A stretch of 64,000 nucleotides of DNA from Alphaproteobacteria bacterium (GTDB lineage Bacteria > Pseudomonadota > Alphaproteobacteria > JAAXGF01): positions 2,592,001-2,656,000 of the forward strand of contig CAUVXB020000002.1 of NCBI GenBank assembly GCA_963555825.3, given 5' to 3'. Positions 1 to 10,098 of this stretch are shown here, piece by piece. The notes under the pieces are model-generated. The model was not told the DNA's origin. It saw only the letters and a program-made list of their open reading frames with translations, and did not search any database. The position numbers were made by a program, and so were the translations under genes. Within the stretch, counting starts at the first letter, position 1; each line of letters begins with the position of its first letter.

Positions 1-1
1 C

Positions 2-112
2 TACGGCACCTTCCCGCCGCTCAAGGGCACGCCCGAGCAGCTCGAGGCGGCGCTGAGCGGTTACGCCGCCGACGTCGTGGTCATGCAGCCGGGCGAGGTC
101 CGCGACTTCTAG
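2..112 (+). CDS. C-terminal fragment of a metal-dependent hydrolase (MBL-fold, UPF0173-like), truncated by the window edge
   Basis: Frame 2 reads YGTFPPLKGTPEQLEAALSGYAADVVVMQPGEVRDF*; (H)YGTFP is typical of this family's C-terminus. Confidence 0.55.
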   Translation, partial: YGTFPPLKGTPEQLEAALSGYAADVVVMQPGEVRDF

Positions 113-140
113 CGCATTGTGCGGCCATCTTTACGCCGTA

Positions 141-213
141 AAGATGACCTGCGCTCAATCGCCGCGCATGCCAATCTTTATCCCACAAGGACTGGCCGAA
201 CGGTCGGCGGCCC
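141..213. repeat. Dispersed intergenic repeat, copy 1 (copy 2 at 10099-10193)
   Basis: tgacctgcgctcaatcgccgcgcatgccaatctttatccca...gactggccgaacggtcggcggccc is shared by both loci; each copy follows a stop codon and a hairpin. Confidence 0.85.
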
Positions 214-267
214 GCAGTCGCGGGCTGGCATAATCCGTTCGATTTCAATCGATCGGATTATGCACTA

Positions 268-1446
268 GTGTCCTGATCGATAAATTGATATGATTATGTC
301 TCTATTTGTTTTTAGGAGGCGCGATTGATGGCGAGAGTGGCGGTGACGATCTCTTTGAGCGATGACGAGCGCGCCGAATTGGAGGCGCTGTCTCGTCGTC
401 GCAAGACGTCGCAGGGGCTTGCGCGGCGGGCTCGGATCGTCTTGGCGGCGGCGGAAGGGTTGGAGAACAAGGAGATCGCCGTTCGTCTCGAGGCGAGCGC
501 GGACACCGTGGGCAAGTGGCGTCGCCGCTATGCGGCGGAGGGCCTCGACGGTCTGTACGACGAACCCCGCCCCGGCGCGCCGCGTCAAATCGGCGATGAC
601 GCCATCGCGGAAGCGGTCCGGCTGACGCTGGAAGAGACGCCGCCGGACGCGACCCATTGGAGCCTTCGCTCGATGGCGCGGGCGAGCGGCCACGCGCCCT
701 CGACCATTCATCGCATCTGGCGGGCCTTCGGCTTGCAGCCGCATCGCTCGGAGACCTTCAAGCTGTCGAGCGATCCCTTCTTCGTGGAGAAGGTCCGCGA
801 CATCGTCGGTCTGTATTTGGCGCCGCCGGATCGTGCCCTGGTTCTCTGTGTCGACGAAAAGAGCCAGATCCAGGCCCTGGACCGTTCCCAGCCCCTCTTG
901 CCGATGCGCCCCGGGCAGGCGGAGCGGCGCAGCCACGACTACAAGCGCCACGGCACGACCTCTCTCTTCGCGGCCCTCGACATCGCCACGGGAGAGATCA
1001 TCGGCAAATGTTTCCCGCGCCATCGGGCCCGAGAGTTCCGCAAATTCCTCGACCTCGTCGAGGCGAACGTCCCTGCTGATCTCGACATCCACATCGTCAT
1101 GGACAACTACGGGACCCACAAGACCAAGGCGATCCGCGACTGGTTCGCCAAACGGCCGCGCTGGCAGGCCCATTTCACACCCACCAGCGCCTCCTGGCTG
1201 AACCAGGTCGAGCGCTGGTTCGGGCTGCTGACCGACAAGCAGATCAGGCGCGGCGTCCATCGCTCCACCAAGGAGTTGGAGCGCACCATCCTCGACTACA
1301 TCGACACGACAAACCAGAACCCCAAACCCTTCAAATGGACCAAATCCGCCGATGACATCCTCGGCGCCATCCAGCGCTTCTGCCTCCGAACAATCGAAAT
1401 CGCTGAACAGCAGGCGAAAATCATGCGAACTTCGGAATCGGGACAC
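268..1446 (+). mobile_element. IS630-family insertion sequence
   Basis: Terminal IRs gtgtcctgat / atcgggacac, flanked by duplicated TA (266-267 and 1447-1448) in a CTAG target. Confidence 0.92.
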
Positions 1447-1449
1447 TAG
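328..1449 (+). CDS. IS630-family transposase
   Basis: N-terminal HTH (RRARIVL...KWRRRY); DDE motifs [29 protein letters not shown]. Confidence 0.95.
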   Translation: MARVAVTISLSDDERAELEALSRRRKTSQGLARRARIVLAAAEGLENKEIAVRLEASADTVGKWRRRYAAEGLDGLYDEPRPGAPRQIGDDAIAEAVRLTLEETPPDATHWSLRSMARASGHAPSTIHRIWRAFGLQPHRSETFKLSSDPFFVEKVRDIVGLYLAPPDRALVLCVDEKSQIQALDRSQPLLPMRPGQAERRSHDYKRHGTTSLFAALDIATGEIIGKCFPRHRAREFRKFLDLVEANVPADLDIHIVMDNYGTHKTKAIRDWFAKRPRWQAHFTPTSASWLNQVERWFGLLTDKQIRRGVHRSTKELERTILDYIDTTNQNPKPFKWTKSADDILGAIQRFCLRTIEIAEQQAKIMRTSESGH

Positions 1450-2999
1450 TCCTCGCCCGGGCCGTCGCGCTCCGGGGCGTCGCGCCAGGGCAGCCGGGCG
1501 CGCCGCTCGGTGCCGTAGAGCGTGCCGAGGTTGCGGATGTAGTCGCGCGCCGGATCGCGCGCCGGGCGGTAGTCCCAGAGGCTGCGCTCACCCGTCATCA
1601 GCGCCTCGTGCACCAGGCGCCGGCGGCGCTGGCTGGCGATGATGTCTTCGGTCAGCGCCGGGGCGTCCCATTGGCGCGCGACCTCGGCCGCCAACTCGCG
1701 CTCGATCCCGGCGTGCGCGGCATCGCCGGCCAGGTTGTGAAGCTCGTCGGGGTCGGCGGCCAGGTCGTAAAGCTGCGGCGGATCGGCCGGCGAGGCGACG
1801 TATTTGTGCGGCCCGCGCAGGACCATGAAGATCGGCGCCAGCGCGACCTCGGCGGTGTATTCGCCGTACACCGTGTCGTTCCAGCCGGCCGCGTCGCCAT
1901 CGAGCAGCGGGACCAGGCTGTGGCCGTCGACCGGCGCGGCGCGCTCGGGTACCGCGCCGCCGGCGAGATCGAGGAATGTCGGGAACAGATCGACCAGCGA
2001 GACGTTGCGCACCACGCGGCGCGCCGCGCGGCCCGGCGCGGCGACGATCAGCGGCACGCGCGCGGATGGCTCGAAGAAGCTCATCTTGTACCAAAGTCCG
2101 CGCTCGCCGAGCGTGTCGCCGTGGTCCGAGGTGAGCACCACGACGGTGTCGTCGGCCAGGCCGCAGGCGTCGAGCGCCGCCGTCAGCTCGCCGATCTTGT
2201 CGTCGACGTAGGAGATCATGCCGTAATAGGCGTGGCGCGCATTGCGCACGTGGTCGTCGGTCACGCGGTAGCGCCCGCGGTCGTAGTTCTCGTAAAGCCG
2301 CCGGCTGTGCGGGTCGCGCTCGGACACCGGAATGGGGCCGACGCGCGGCGCATCGATCGCGTCGTGGTCATAGCGGTCCCAGTGTTCCCGGGTCGTCGTA
2401 TAGGGGTCGTGCGGGTGGCTGAACGAGACCATCAGGAAGAACGGCCGGTCGTCGTCCTCTCTCGCGAGGTCGTAGATTTTGCGCGTCGCGGCGAAGGCGA
2501 CCTCGTCGTCGTAGTCGATCTGCAGGCTGCGCTCGCAAGGGCCGGCCTCGACCACGTTGAGTATGTCGTGGAACCATTCGAGCCGCCCGTCTGGCGCCTG
2601 CCAGTCGGGCGTCCAGCCGAAGTCGGCCGGGTAGATGTCGGTGGTCAGCCGTTGCTCGAAGCCGTGCAGCTGGTCGGGGCCGACGAAATGCATCTTGCCG
2701 GCGCAGGCCGTGCGATAGCCGGCGAGCCGCAGGTAATGCGCGAAGGATGGGATCTCGGCCGGGTATTCGGCGGCGTTATCGTACGCGCCGATGCGCGTCG
2801 CGAGCCGACCGGTCAAGAGCGAGAAGCGCGACGGCGCGCAGATCGGAAAGTTGCAATAGGCCGCGTCGAACACCGCGCCGCGCGCCGCCAGCGCGTCGAT
2901 ATGGGGCGCCGCGACCAGCGGGTGGCCATAGGCCGGCAGCGCTTTCGCCGCCATCTGATCGGCCATGACGAACAGGAAATTGGGCCGCTTGCCGGGCAT
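1446..2999 (-). CDS. betC: Choline-sulfatase
   Basis: Sulfatase motif CAPSR; [37 protein letters not shown] and [13 protein letters not shown] are characteristic of BetC. Confidence 0.9.
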   Translation of the reverse strand: MPGKRPNFLFVMADQMAAKALPAYGHPLVAAPHIDALAARGAVFDAAYCNFPICAPSRFSLLTGRLATRIGAYDNAAEYPAEIPSFAHYLRLAGYRTACAGKMHFVGPDQLHGFEQRLTTDIYPADFGWTPDWQAPDGRLEWFHDILNVVEAGPCERSLQIDYDDEVAFAATRKIYDLAREDDDRPFFLMVSFSHPHDPYTTTREHWDRYDHDAIDAPRVGPIPVSERDPHSRRLYENYDRGRYRVTDDHVRNARHAYYGMISYVDDKIGELTAALDACGLADDTVVVLTSDHGDTLGERGLWYKMSFFEPSARVPLIVAAPGRAARRVVRNVSLVDLFPTFLDLAGGAVPERAAPVDGHSLVPLLDGDAAGWNDTVYGEYTAEVALAPIFMVLRGPHKYVASPADPPQLYDLAADPDELHNLAGDAAHAGIERELAAEVARQWDAPALTEDIIASQRRRRLVHEALMTGERSLWDYRPARDPARDYIRNLGTLYGTERRARLPWRDAPERDGPGED

Positions 3000-3143
3000 C
3001 GCGTATCCTCGTGGTTTTGCGCGTACATAGCACGACGCGGCGCGGGCGCAAGCGGCGAATCCGCGCGTGGCGATCGGCGCCGGCGCGCCGCGGCGGCCCG
3101 GCCCGGCGGGACACTGGCGGGTCCCGGGGCAATGCCCCGGCGG

Positions 3144-3872
3144 TTATTCCCGAGCGCCGGCTTGCTCGAGAAGCCGGATGATCTCCCGGTAACCGCCGAC
3201 GTCCAGTTGGGTCGAGGCGAGGGATTCATGTATGAACGCCGCCCTCATCAGCGCGGTCGAGCCGAAGTCGCTCTCGGCGTTCACGTCGGCGCCGGCGGCC
3301 AGCAGCGCCTCGACGGTCTTGGCGTGTCCACCGAACGCGGCGAGGATAAGCGCGGTCTCGCCGATGTCGGTTCGCGCATCGACGTCGACGCCCTGGCCGA
3401 GCAGGGTTCGCACGCCAGCCGCGTCGCCGATCCTCGCCGCATCGAGCAGCATGGCCGCCGTTCCGCCGGTCAAGCGGGACGCGAAGTCGTCGTTCGTCGC
3501 CCCGCGGTTGCGCTGATAGAACTGTTTGGCCGCCGCGATTTCGCTCGCCGGCAATCCGGATACGTCGATGTCGCCGACAGAGTGCAGTTCGCATTCGTAT
3601 TTCACGTCGTACGAGGCCGCCTTGTCGTCGCAGGCCTTGGTCGCCCTGCGGACTGCCTCATCGACGGTCCGGCCGGCAAACGCGTAGCCCAACGCCTTGT
3701 CGTGTTTGCCCGTTGTCCGCGAAATGGTGAACGCGCGATAATGCGGGCGGCTCTTGTAGTCCTGATAGCTGTAATAGGCCCATGACGGCACCGCCCCGGC
3801 GTTGCCGTCGGCGACGGCAACCAACGCCAGTGAAATGACGCATAGCGACCCCAAGAGCCGCCGCCCGTTCAT
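3144..3872 (-). CDS. Exported ankyrin-repeat protein
   Basis: Signal peptide; Cys-pair N-terminal domain; ankyrin repeats GETALILAAFGGHAKTVEALLAAGADVNA and GSTALMRAA. Confidence 0.85.
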   Translation of the reverse strand: MNGRRLLGSLCVISLALVAVADGNAGAVPSWAYYSYQDYKSRPHYRAFTISRTTGKHDKALGYAFAGRTVDEAVRRATKACDDKAASYDVKYECELHSVGDIDVSGLPASEIAAAKQFYQRNRGATNDDFASRLTGGTAAMLLDAARIGDAAGVRTLLGQGVDVDARTDIGETALILAAFGGHAKTVEALLAAGADVNAESDFGSTALMRAAFIHESLASTQLDVGGYREIIRLLEQAGARE

Positions 3873-4021
3873 GGCCAGCCCCCGTCGTGACGCGATGACC
3901 GGCAGTCTACGCCCATCGCTCCTCGATGGATACGCTGGCGAAATACCCAGATGACTGCCAATACGATGAAGGCGAAGACAATGGGTCCTACGATCGTCGG
4001 GTCCATCATCCCGTCCCGTTC

Positions 4022-6811
4022 CTAATCGTCGCTCTTGAGCCGCGCCAAGCCGGCGCGCACCTCGTCGACATGGGGCGACTCGTTTTCCTCGAAGATTATC
4101 AAGGCCTCCTGGAGCCGTGTGATGGCTTGGCCACGTTCGCCAGCCTTAGCCAGTTCACAGCCGAGGTTGTACAGGCCAGTACCTTCGCAGCGCCAGTTGC
4201 CGATCTCGCGGGCGATTTCAATTTGTTGCTCATAGAACTCGATGGCGCGGCGGGTCTCGCCGAGGGCCGCATAGGCCAAGCCCAGATTGCCCAGGTACTG
4301 TCCCTCGCCCAACCGGTCGCCGATCTCGCGGGCGATCACCAAATCCTGCTCGTAGAACTCGATGGCGCGGCGGGTCTCGCCGAGGGCCGCATAGGCCACG
4401 CCCAGACTGCCCAGCGCGGCGCCTTCGCCGCGCCGGTCGCCGATCTCGCGGGTAATCTCCAATTGTTGCTCGTGGAACTCGGTGGCGCGGTGGTGCTCGC
4501 CGAGGACCGCGTAGGCCAAGCCCAGATTGCCCAGCGCGTTGCCTTCGCCGCGCCGGTCGCCGATCTCGCGGGCGATCTCCAAATTCTGTTCATAGAACTC
4601 GATGGCGCGGCGGGTCTCGCCGAGGTCCGCATAGGCAGCGCCCAAATGGCCGATCGCGCTGCCTTCGCCGCGCCGGTCGCCGAGCTCGCGGGCGATTTCC
4701 AGCTGTTGCTCGAAGAACTCGATGGCGCGGCGGAACTCGCCGAGGGCCGCATAGGCAGTGCCCAGACAGCCCAGCGCGTTGCCTTCGCTGCGCCGGTCGC
4801 CGATCTCGCGGGTGATCTCCAAATGTTGTTCATGGAACTCGATGGCACGGCGGGTCTCGCCGAGGGTCTGATAGGCCAAGCCCAGATTGCCCAGCGTGGC
4901 GCCTTCGCCACGCCGGTCGCCGATGTCACGAGAGACCTTCAAAGCCTGCTCATGGATCTCGATGGCGCGGCGGGTCTCGCCGAGGTCCCAATAGGCAATG
5001 CCCAGATTGCCGAGCGAGTCGCCTTCACTGAGCCGGTCGCCAAGGTCACGAAAGATATCCAAAGCCTGCTCGTGGAATTCGATGGCGCGGCGGGTTTCGC
5101 TGAGGGCCGCATAGGCCAAGCCCAGATTGCCCAGCGAGACGCCTTCCATACCGCGATCCTGCAACCGCCGCGCCGCCCCAACCGATGCCTTCAACCAGCC
5201 GATACGCGCCTGCGCATGCAGACGCAGGTTCAGCACATAGATCCCCGCGTTCGGGTAACGGCCACAAGCGCGCGCCGCCGTACCATCGTCCGGGGCGGTG
5301 CGGGCCGCCCAGGCCTGGCCCGCCTCGATGTTGCGCCACTCAAGGTCGAACAGCGCCAGACCCTCGGTGATCCCGTCGTCCCCTCGCAGGTAAATCTCTT
5401 GCGCGGACCCTAGCACTGCCAGATAGTGCTCCGCATGGCGCGCCGCCGCCTGCTGCTCAATCGGCGCAAGCGCGGCCAGTTCCGCCTCCGCGAGGTCGGC
5501 GCCGCGCGCCACGTCGCGCATCAGGTCGTGCAGCCGGTACCGCGCGGAGTCCTCGTCGAACAGCACCATGCTGCGCCCGACCAGCGCACTCAGCCCGTCG
5601 CGCGCTTCGTCGGTCGGAACATCCCACACCGCCGCCACCGCGGCGCGCTCGAAGTCTCCGACAAACACCCCCAGCATCCGCCATCGCGCCGCCAGATCCG
5701 ACCGATCGCGCGCCAGCTGCGCTACGCTCAGACCCAAGGATGCCAACACATCGAGCGCCACATCCCCCTCGATCCGCAGCCGCCTTAGCCGCTCGCGCTC
5801 GTCGGACAATGCCGCCAGATACTCGGCCACCGACCAGTCACGGTGCAGATTGAGAAACGCCCCCGCGACCCGCAGTGCAAGCGGCAACCGGCCGCAGGCA
5901 ACCGGAAGCCCGGCCAGCTCCGCGTCGCTCACCCTGTCCGGGCCCAGGATGGCGCCCAGCAGCCCCTGCGCCTCGCTCCCGCTCAACGTATCCAGGTTGA
6001 ACGAGCGAACCCCGTCGAGCGCGATCCCCCGGCGCGAGGTCATGATCGCCGCGCAGGGCGGCGGCGGCATCAGCGGGCGCACCTGGTCCCCGTCCGAAGC
6101 ATTGTCCAGGATGATCAGCGCGCGTTTGTCGGACAGCAGGCCGCGATAGAGCGCCGCCACCGCGTCCGGCTCGTCGGGCAGCCGGGCGCCGGGCTCGAAG
6201 CCGTGGATCACCCGCTCCATCGCCGCCGCCGGCTCGAGCGGCGCATCCGAGGTGCCGGCCATGTCGACCACCAGCTGGCCGTCGGGATAACGGTCGGCCA
6301 GGCGGTGCGCGACATGGACCGCCAGCGCCGACTTGCCGATCCCGCCCATGCCGCCGATCGCGCTGATCGACGCGGCCGCGCCATCGCCCGACAGCAGCGC
6401 CTCCAGCTCGGCCACTTCCCGCTCGCGACCGGCAAAGTCGGCGAGGTCCGCCGGCAACTGCCGGCGCGATGAAATGACCTTTTCTGCGTCGGGGGCCTCA
6501 AAAATCTGGACGGTATCCGCAACAACGGTCCGATCTCCGGTTATGACCTTCGACCCGGCGATGTCGCCGCCCGCCGCGACGCCGCGATCGCCCGTCTGCT
6601 CGATTTTGGGGGTTTCCGGGGTTTGATCGGGCGGCGCTTTGTCCGCCTTCGCCTCCAGGCCAATGTCCCTCGGTCGCTCGGCGCCGTTCTTGGCTCTCCT
6701 GCCGGAGAAATGCTTGTACGCCACCCAAGCGCCACCGATGCCTGCCAAAGCGACTGGAACGACAACGCTGAGTGGGTCGACATTTTCAGTTATCCAATGC
6801 CACAAGTCCAT
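4022..6811 (-). CDS. NB-ARC (STAND) ATPase with C-terminal TPR array and N-terminal TM helix (NLR-like)
   Basis: Walker A GMGGIGKS, Walker B LIILDNA, CGRLPLAL (GLPL-type), RLHDL (MHD-type); eight 40-aa TPR repeats plus a cap. Confidence 0.92.
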   Translation of the reverse strand: MDLWHWITENVDPLSVVVPVALAGIGGAWVAYKHFSGRRAKNGAERPRDIGLEAKADKAPPDQTPETPKIEQTGDRGVAAGGDIAGSKVITGDRTVVADTVQIFEAPDAEKVISSRRQLPADLADFAGREREVAELEALLSGDGAAASISAIGGMGGIGKSALAVHVAHRLADRYPDGQLVVDMAGTSDAPLEPAAAMERVIHGFEPGARLPDEPDAVAALYRGLLSDKRALIILDNASDGDQVRPLMPPPPCAAIMTSRRGIALDGVRSFNLDTLSGSEAQGLLGAILGPDRVSDAELAGLPVACGRLPLALRVAGAFLNLHRDWSVAEYLAALSDERERLRRLRIEGDVALDVLASLGLSVAQLARDRSDLAARWRMLGVFVGDFERAAVAAVWDVPTDEARDGLSALVGRSMVLFDEDSARYRLHDLMRDVARGADLAEAELAALAPIEQQAAARHAEHYLAVLGSAQEIYLRGDDGITEGLALFDLEWRNIEAGQAWAARTAPDDGTAARACGRYPNAGIYVLNLRLHAQARIGWLKASVGAARRLQDRGMEGVSLGNLGLAYAALSETRRAIEFHEQALDIFRDLGDRLSEGDSLGNLGIAYWDLGETRRAIEIHEQALKVSRDIGDRRGEGATLGNLGLAYQTLGETRRAIEFHEQHLEITREIGDRRSEGNALGCLGTAYAALGEFRRAIEFFEQQLEIARELGDRRGEGSAIGHLGAAYADLGETRRAIEFYEQNLEIAREIGDRRGEGNALGNLGLAYAVLGEHHRATEFHEQQLEITREIGDRRGEGAALGSLGVAYAALGETRRAIEFYEQDLVIAREIGDRLGEGQYLGNLGLAYAALGETRRAIEFYEQQIEIAREIGNWRCEGTGLYNLGCELAKAGERGQAITRLQEALIIFEENESPHVDEVRAGLARLKSDD
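4190..5150 (-). repeat. Intragenic 120-bp tandem repeats encoding TPR units
   Basis: cgatctcgcgggcgat...gaactcgatggcgcggcgggtctcgccgag recurs every 120 nt (4201, 4321, 4441, 4561...). Confidence 0.9.
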
Positions 6812-6942
6812 CCGCGCCTATCTCTCCTAGCCGGGGAACGATCGACTCCGAGCCTACTACCGTTACGGGAGACGCTCAATTTGATCTGCACCCCGCTGTA
6901 AAGAAAATGACCATCTCGCGGCAAAACAGAGTCGCTTTCGGA

Positions 6943-6965
6943 GCCGGCCTTCGCCGGGGATGACG
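6943..6965. repeat. Half of an alphaproteobacterial REP-like palindrome
   Basis: gccggccttcgccggggatgacg resembles the CCGGCCTTCGCCGGGATGACG arm; the partner arm is absent. Confidence 0.4.
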
Positions 6966-7042
6966 CCGCCGCCGGGACGGCGTAAGCTGCGCTCTACCGG
7001 CGCGTTCGCGCGCCGCAACGCAACGAGAAGGGGTCGGTGGTC

Positions 7043-8575
7043 ATGGTTGCGCTCGTCGAATTTCCACGCGAGATGGAGCAGCGGGTCCGCTTCATCGAGG
7101 ACACCACGCCCGACCACATCTGCGAGGCGACGCTCGAGAAACTGCGCAAGGGCGACCGGCCCGAGCAGCTGCTCGCCGCGGCCGGGCTCGCGGTCAGCCG
7201 CTCGTCCGAGCTGCCGACGCACCACCACGGCGGCCCGGTGCACCCGGTCGCCGGGCTGCACGCCTCGATGGCGCTGGTCAACCGGCTCGACGGCGAATGG
7301 CGCTACCTGCCGGTCATCCAGTCGGTCGCGCTCGCCAACAAGCACATCCGCTCGCCCGACATGGGGCCGGCGGCGATGACCGAGGTCGAGCCGGTGGCCG
7401 GCGGCGGCCGCGACAAGGAGGCGCTCCTGGCGGCCTTCGTCGAGGCGCTCAGGAACCGCAAGGCGCGCACCGCCGAATGCCACCTCCTGACGCTGCTGCA
7501 CATCGCAACGCCGGGGCGCATCGTCGAGGCGATGATGCAGATCGCGCTGCCGCGCAACATGCTCGACGACCACTTCTTCCTCTATCCGATCTACGCGCTG
7601 CGCGCGCTCGACGACCTCGGCTGGCAATGGGCGTCGGTCCTGCTGCGCCCGCCGGTGCGCTATCTGGCGAGCCATCCGATGCTCGAGCCGATCGACGGCT
7701 TCGGCGCGGCAACGATCGAAGAGGGCGTCAGGCTCTACCAGGATTTCGACGCCATCGAGCGGCTGATCGACGCGCGCGAGCTCGACGCGCAGCACGTCCG
7801 CATCCACTCGGGCGAGGACGAGACGGCGGCGATCGGCGCCCTGGCCGAGCGCATCGGCGACGTCGACGACATCCGCGACGTCACCGGCATGCTGGCCGAC
7901 GCGCTGGCCGCCAAGCTGTCGCTCGAAGGCGTCGGCGAGGCGCTGTCGATCGGCGGCGGCTACCTGTTCCTGCGCTCGCACTCGGGCAACCCGTTCGACG
8001 TCCACATCCATACCGGCATCAACGCGCGCCGCTACCTCCTGACACTCGACGGCGTCAGCCTGCGCACCAAGCTCTTGGCGCTGTTCACCTGGTGCTACGG
8101 GACCGAGGTCCGCGCGCTCTCGTCCACCCTGACCTGGCCGGTGCGCGCGGCGGCCGATACGCTGGCCCATCCGCCGGGCGATTCGCAGCAGGCGCTGCTC
8201 GATGCGCTGATCAACAACATCGCCGCCCAGCCGGTCGTCGACCTCGAGACGATCACGGTGCCGATCGAAAAACTGGTTGCGCCCGACGAGGTCCACCAGG
8301 CGGCGGCGCTAGCCGAACGTTATGCCGCGCTCGGCCACGACGCCGAGCCGTTCTTCAAGCTGCTCGGCGAGCTGGTCTGCCGCGATGACGCCTCGGAGAT
8401 GCACGCCTACAAGATGCAGCAGGCGGCGATCGAGGAGTACCAGACGACGCGCGAGCCGTACCGCTGGGTCCATCTGGTGTCGGCCGCCAAGCACGCCGCC
8501 TGCATCACCGAGATGCGCCCAAAGACGGTCTATCCGCGCATCCGCCCGCTGCTCATGGACCGAGATGCGCCGTGA
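7043..8575 (+). CDS. Hypothetical helical protein with four His-containing motifs (possible metalloenzyme)
   Basis: Long ORF with strong GC3 bias; motifs HHHGGPVHP, DDHFFLY, FDVHIHTG, SEMHAYK; GTGA overlap with the next gene. Confidence 0.8.
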   Translation: MVALVEFPREMEQRVRFIEDTTPDHICEATLEKLRKGDRPEQLLAAAGLAVSRSSELPTHHHGGPVHPVAGLHASMALVNRLDGEWRYLPVIQSVALANKHIRSPDMGPAAMTEVEPVAGGGRDKEALLAAFVEALRNRKARTAECHLLTLLHIATPGRIVEAMMQIALPRNMLDDHFFLYPIYALRALDDLGWQWASVLLRPPVRYLASHPMLEPIDGFGAATIEEGVRLYQDFDAIERLIDARELDAQHVRIHSGEDETAAIGALAERIGDVDDIRDVTGMLADALAAKLSLEGVGEALSIGGGYLFLRSHSGNPFDVHIHTGINARRYLLTLDGVSLRTKLLALFTWCYGTEVRALSSTLTWPVRAAADTLAHPPGDSQQALLDALINNIAAQPVVDLETITVPIEKLVAPDEVHQAAALAERYAALGHDAEPFFKLLGELVCRDDASEMHAYKMQQAAIEEYQTTREPYRWVHLVSAAKHAACITEMRPKTVYPRIRPLLMDRDAP

Positions 8576-9648
8576 CGGCGATGGGCGCGCATGAGCGCGA
8601 CATTCGTGGCCGCTACGACGCCGATCCGGCGCGCTCGTTCACCCTGCCGTCGTGGCTCTACACCGACGCCGCCGTCTTCGAGGCCGAGAAGGCGGCGATC
8701 TTCGGGCGCGCCTGGCAGTGTGTGGCGCATACCGAAGAGCTGCGCGCGCCGGGGGCCGTCTGCGTCAGCGGCATCCTCGATCACGAGATCGTCGTCGCGC
8801 GCGGCCAGGGCGGCGGCTTGCGCGCCTTTGACAACCTGTGCCCGGCCGGGCCGCACCGGATGGTCGACGGGCCGGGCGATGCGCTGGCCTGCACGCGCCA
8901 CGGCCTCGCGTTCGACGACGCCGGCCGCGCCGGCGATCGGGCGCTCGAGGAATTGCGGCTCGAGGTTTTCGCAAACATGGTGTTCGTCAATCTGGATGCG
9001 GCGGCCGCGCCGCTCGCCGATCGGGCCGGCGACCTCGCCGCCGAGATCGCCGGCGCCGCGCCCGACCTCGACCGGCTGACCCACGCCCACCGGCTGAGCT
9101 ATGACGTCGCCGCCAACTGGAAGACGGTCATCGACAACTTCTTGGAATGCTACCACTGCCCGGTGGCGCACCGCGCGTTCGTCGGCCTGATCGACATGGC
9201 GAGTTACAACGTCGTGCCGCACGGCATCTGGTCGAGCCACCACGCGGTCGCCGGCCTCGGCGCCAACGACGCCTTCGACGTCAGCGCCGCCGAAGTCACG
9301 GTGCACGCGGTCTGGTGGCTGTGGCCCAACACCGCGCTGCTGCGCTATCCGGGCTCGCCAAACATGATGGTCTGGCGCTTCATTCCGACCGGACCCGAGA
9401 CGACCCACGAGATCTTCGACTTCTATTTCCTCGCGCCCGAGCCCGACGCCGCGCAGCGCGAGGCGATCGCCTATATCGACGAGGTGCTGCAACCCGAGGA
9501 CATCGGAATCGTCGAGGCGGTGCAGCGCGGCCTGCATTCGCGCGGCTACAGCGAGGGCCGCTTCATCACCGACGGCACCACTTCGGGCCTCGGCGAGCAC
9601 GGCGTCCACCATTTCCACGGCCTGGTGCTCGACGCCCTCGAGGGCTGA
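8572..9648 (+). CDS. Ring-hydroxylating oxygenase alpha subunit (choline/carnitine monooxygenase-like) with atypical Rieske motif
   Basis: TLPSWLYTD N-terminus; mononuclear Fe site ANWKTVIDNFLECYHCPVAH...EDI; C-terminal EHGVHHFH; Rieske region reads CPAGPH...CTRH. Confidence 0.85.
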   Translation: MTAMGAHERDIRGRYDADPARSFTLPSWLYTDAAVFEAEKAAIFGRAWQCVAHTEELRAPGAVCVSGILDHEIVVARGQGGGLRAFDNLCPAGPHRMVDGPGDALACTRHGLAFDDAGRAGDRALEELRLEVFANMVFVNLDAAAAPLADRAGDLAAEIAGAAPDLDRLTHAHRLSYDVAANWKTVIDNFLECYHCPVAHRAFVGLIDMASYNVVPHGIWSSHHAVAGLGANDAFDVSAAEVTVHAVWWLWPNTALLRYPGSPNMMVWRFIPTGPETTHEIFDFYFLAPEPDAAQREAIAYIDEVLQPEDIGIVEAVQRGLHSRGYSEGRFITDGTTSGLGEHGVHHFHGLVLDALEG

Positions 9649-9678
9649 GCGCAAGACGCGACGCGAAGGAGTCCGGTC

Positions 9679-10071
9679 ATGACCGCGTTCGACACCCGCA
9701 CGATCTCCGCCGAACCCGACGCCACCGCGCCCGATGGCGCCGATGTCCGCTTGCTGCTGCGCCTCGCCGGCGGCTCGATGGCGCATTTCGAGCTGGCGCC
9801 GGGCGAGACGACGCACGCGGTCGCGCACCGCAAGGTCGATGATATCTGGTACGTGCTCGGCGGCGCGGGCGAGATGTGGCGCAAGAAGGGCGATGTCGAG
9901 GCCTGCGTCGCACTCGGACCGGGCGTCTCGCTGACCATCCCCCACGGCACGCATTTCCAGTTCCGCGCGACCGGCGACGCGCCACTCGCCGCGGTCGCCG
10001 TCACCATGCCGCCCTGGCCGGGCGAGGCCGAGGCCTACCCGGTGCGCGGCAAATGGCCGCCGACCCGCTAG
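9679..10071 (+). CDS. Cupin-domain protein
   Basis: AVAHRKVDDIWYVLGGAGEMW and LTIPHGTHFQFR cupin motifs. Confidence 0.85.
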   Translation: MTAFDTRTISAEPDATAPDGADVRLLLRLAGGSMAHFELAPGETTHAVAHRKVDDIWYVLGGAGEMWRKKGDVEACVALGPGVSLTIPHGTHFQFRATGDAPLAAVAVTMPPWPGEAEAYPVRGKWPPTR

Positions 10072-10098
10072 AGTTTTGTACGGTCACCTATACTGTGT

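Noticed and set aside
4190-5150. Diversity-generating retroelement acting on the TPR array
   Set aside because: No reverse transcriptase or separate template repeat in the window, and the variation does not look adenine-specific
3926-5413. 495-aa repetitive plus-strand ORF
   Set aside because: Antisense shadow of the TPR array
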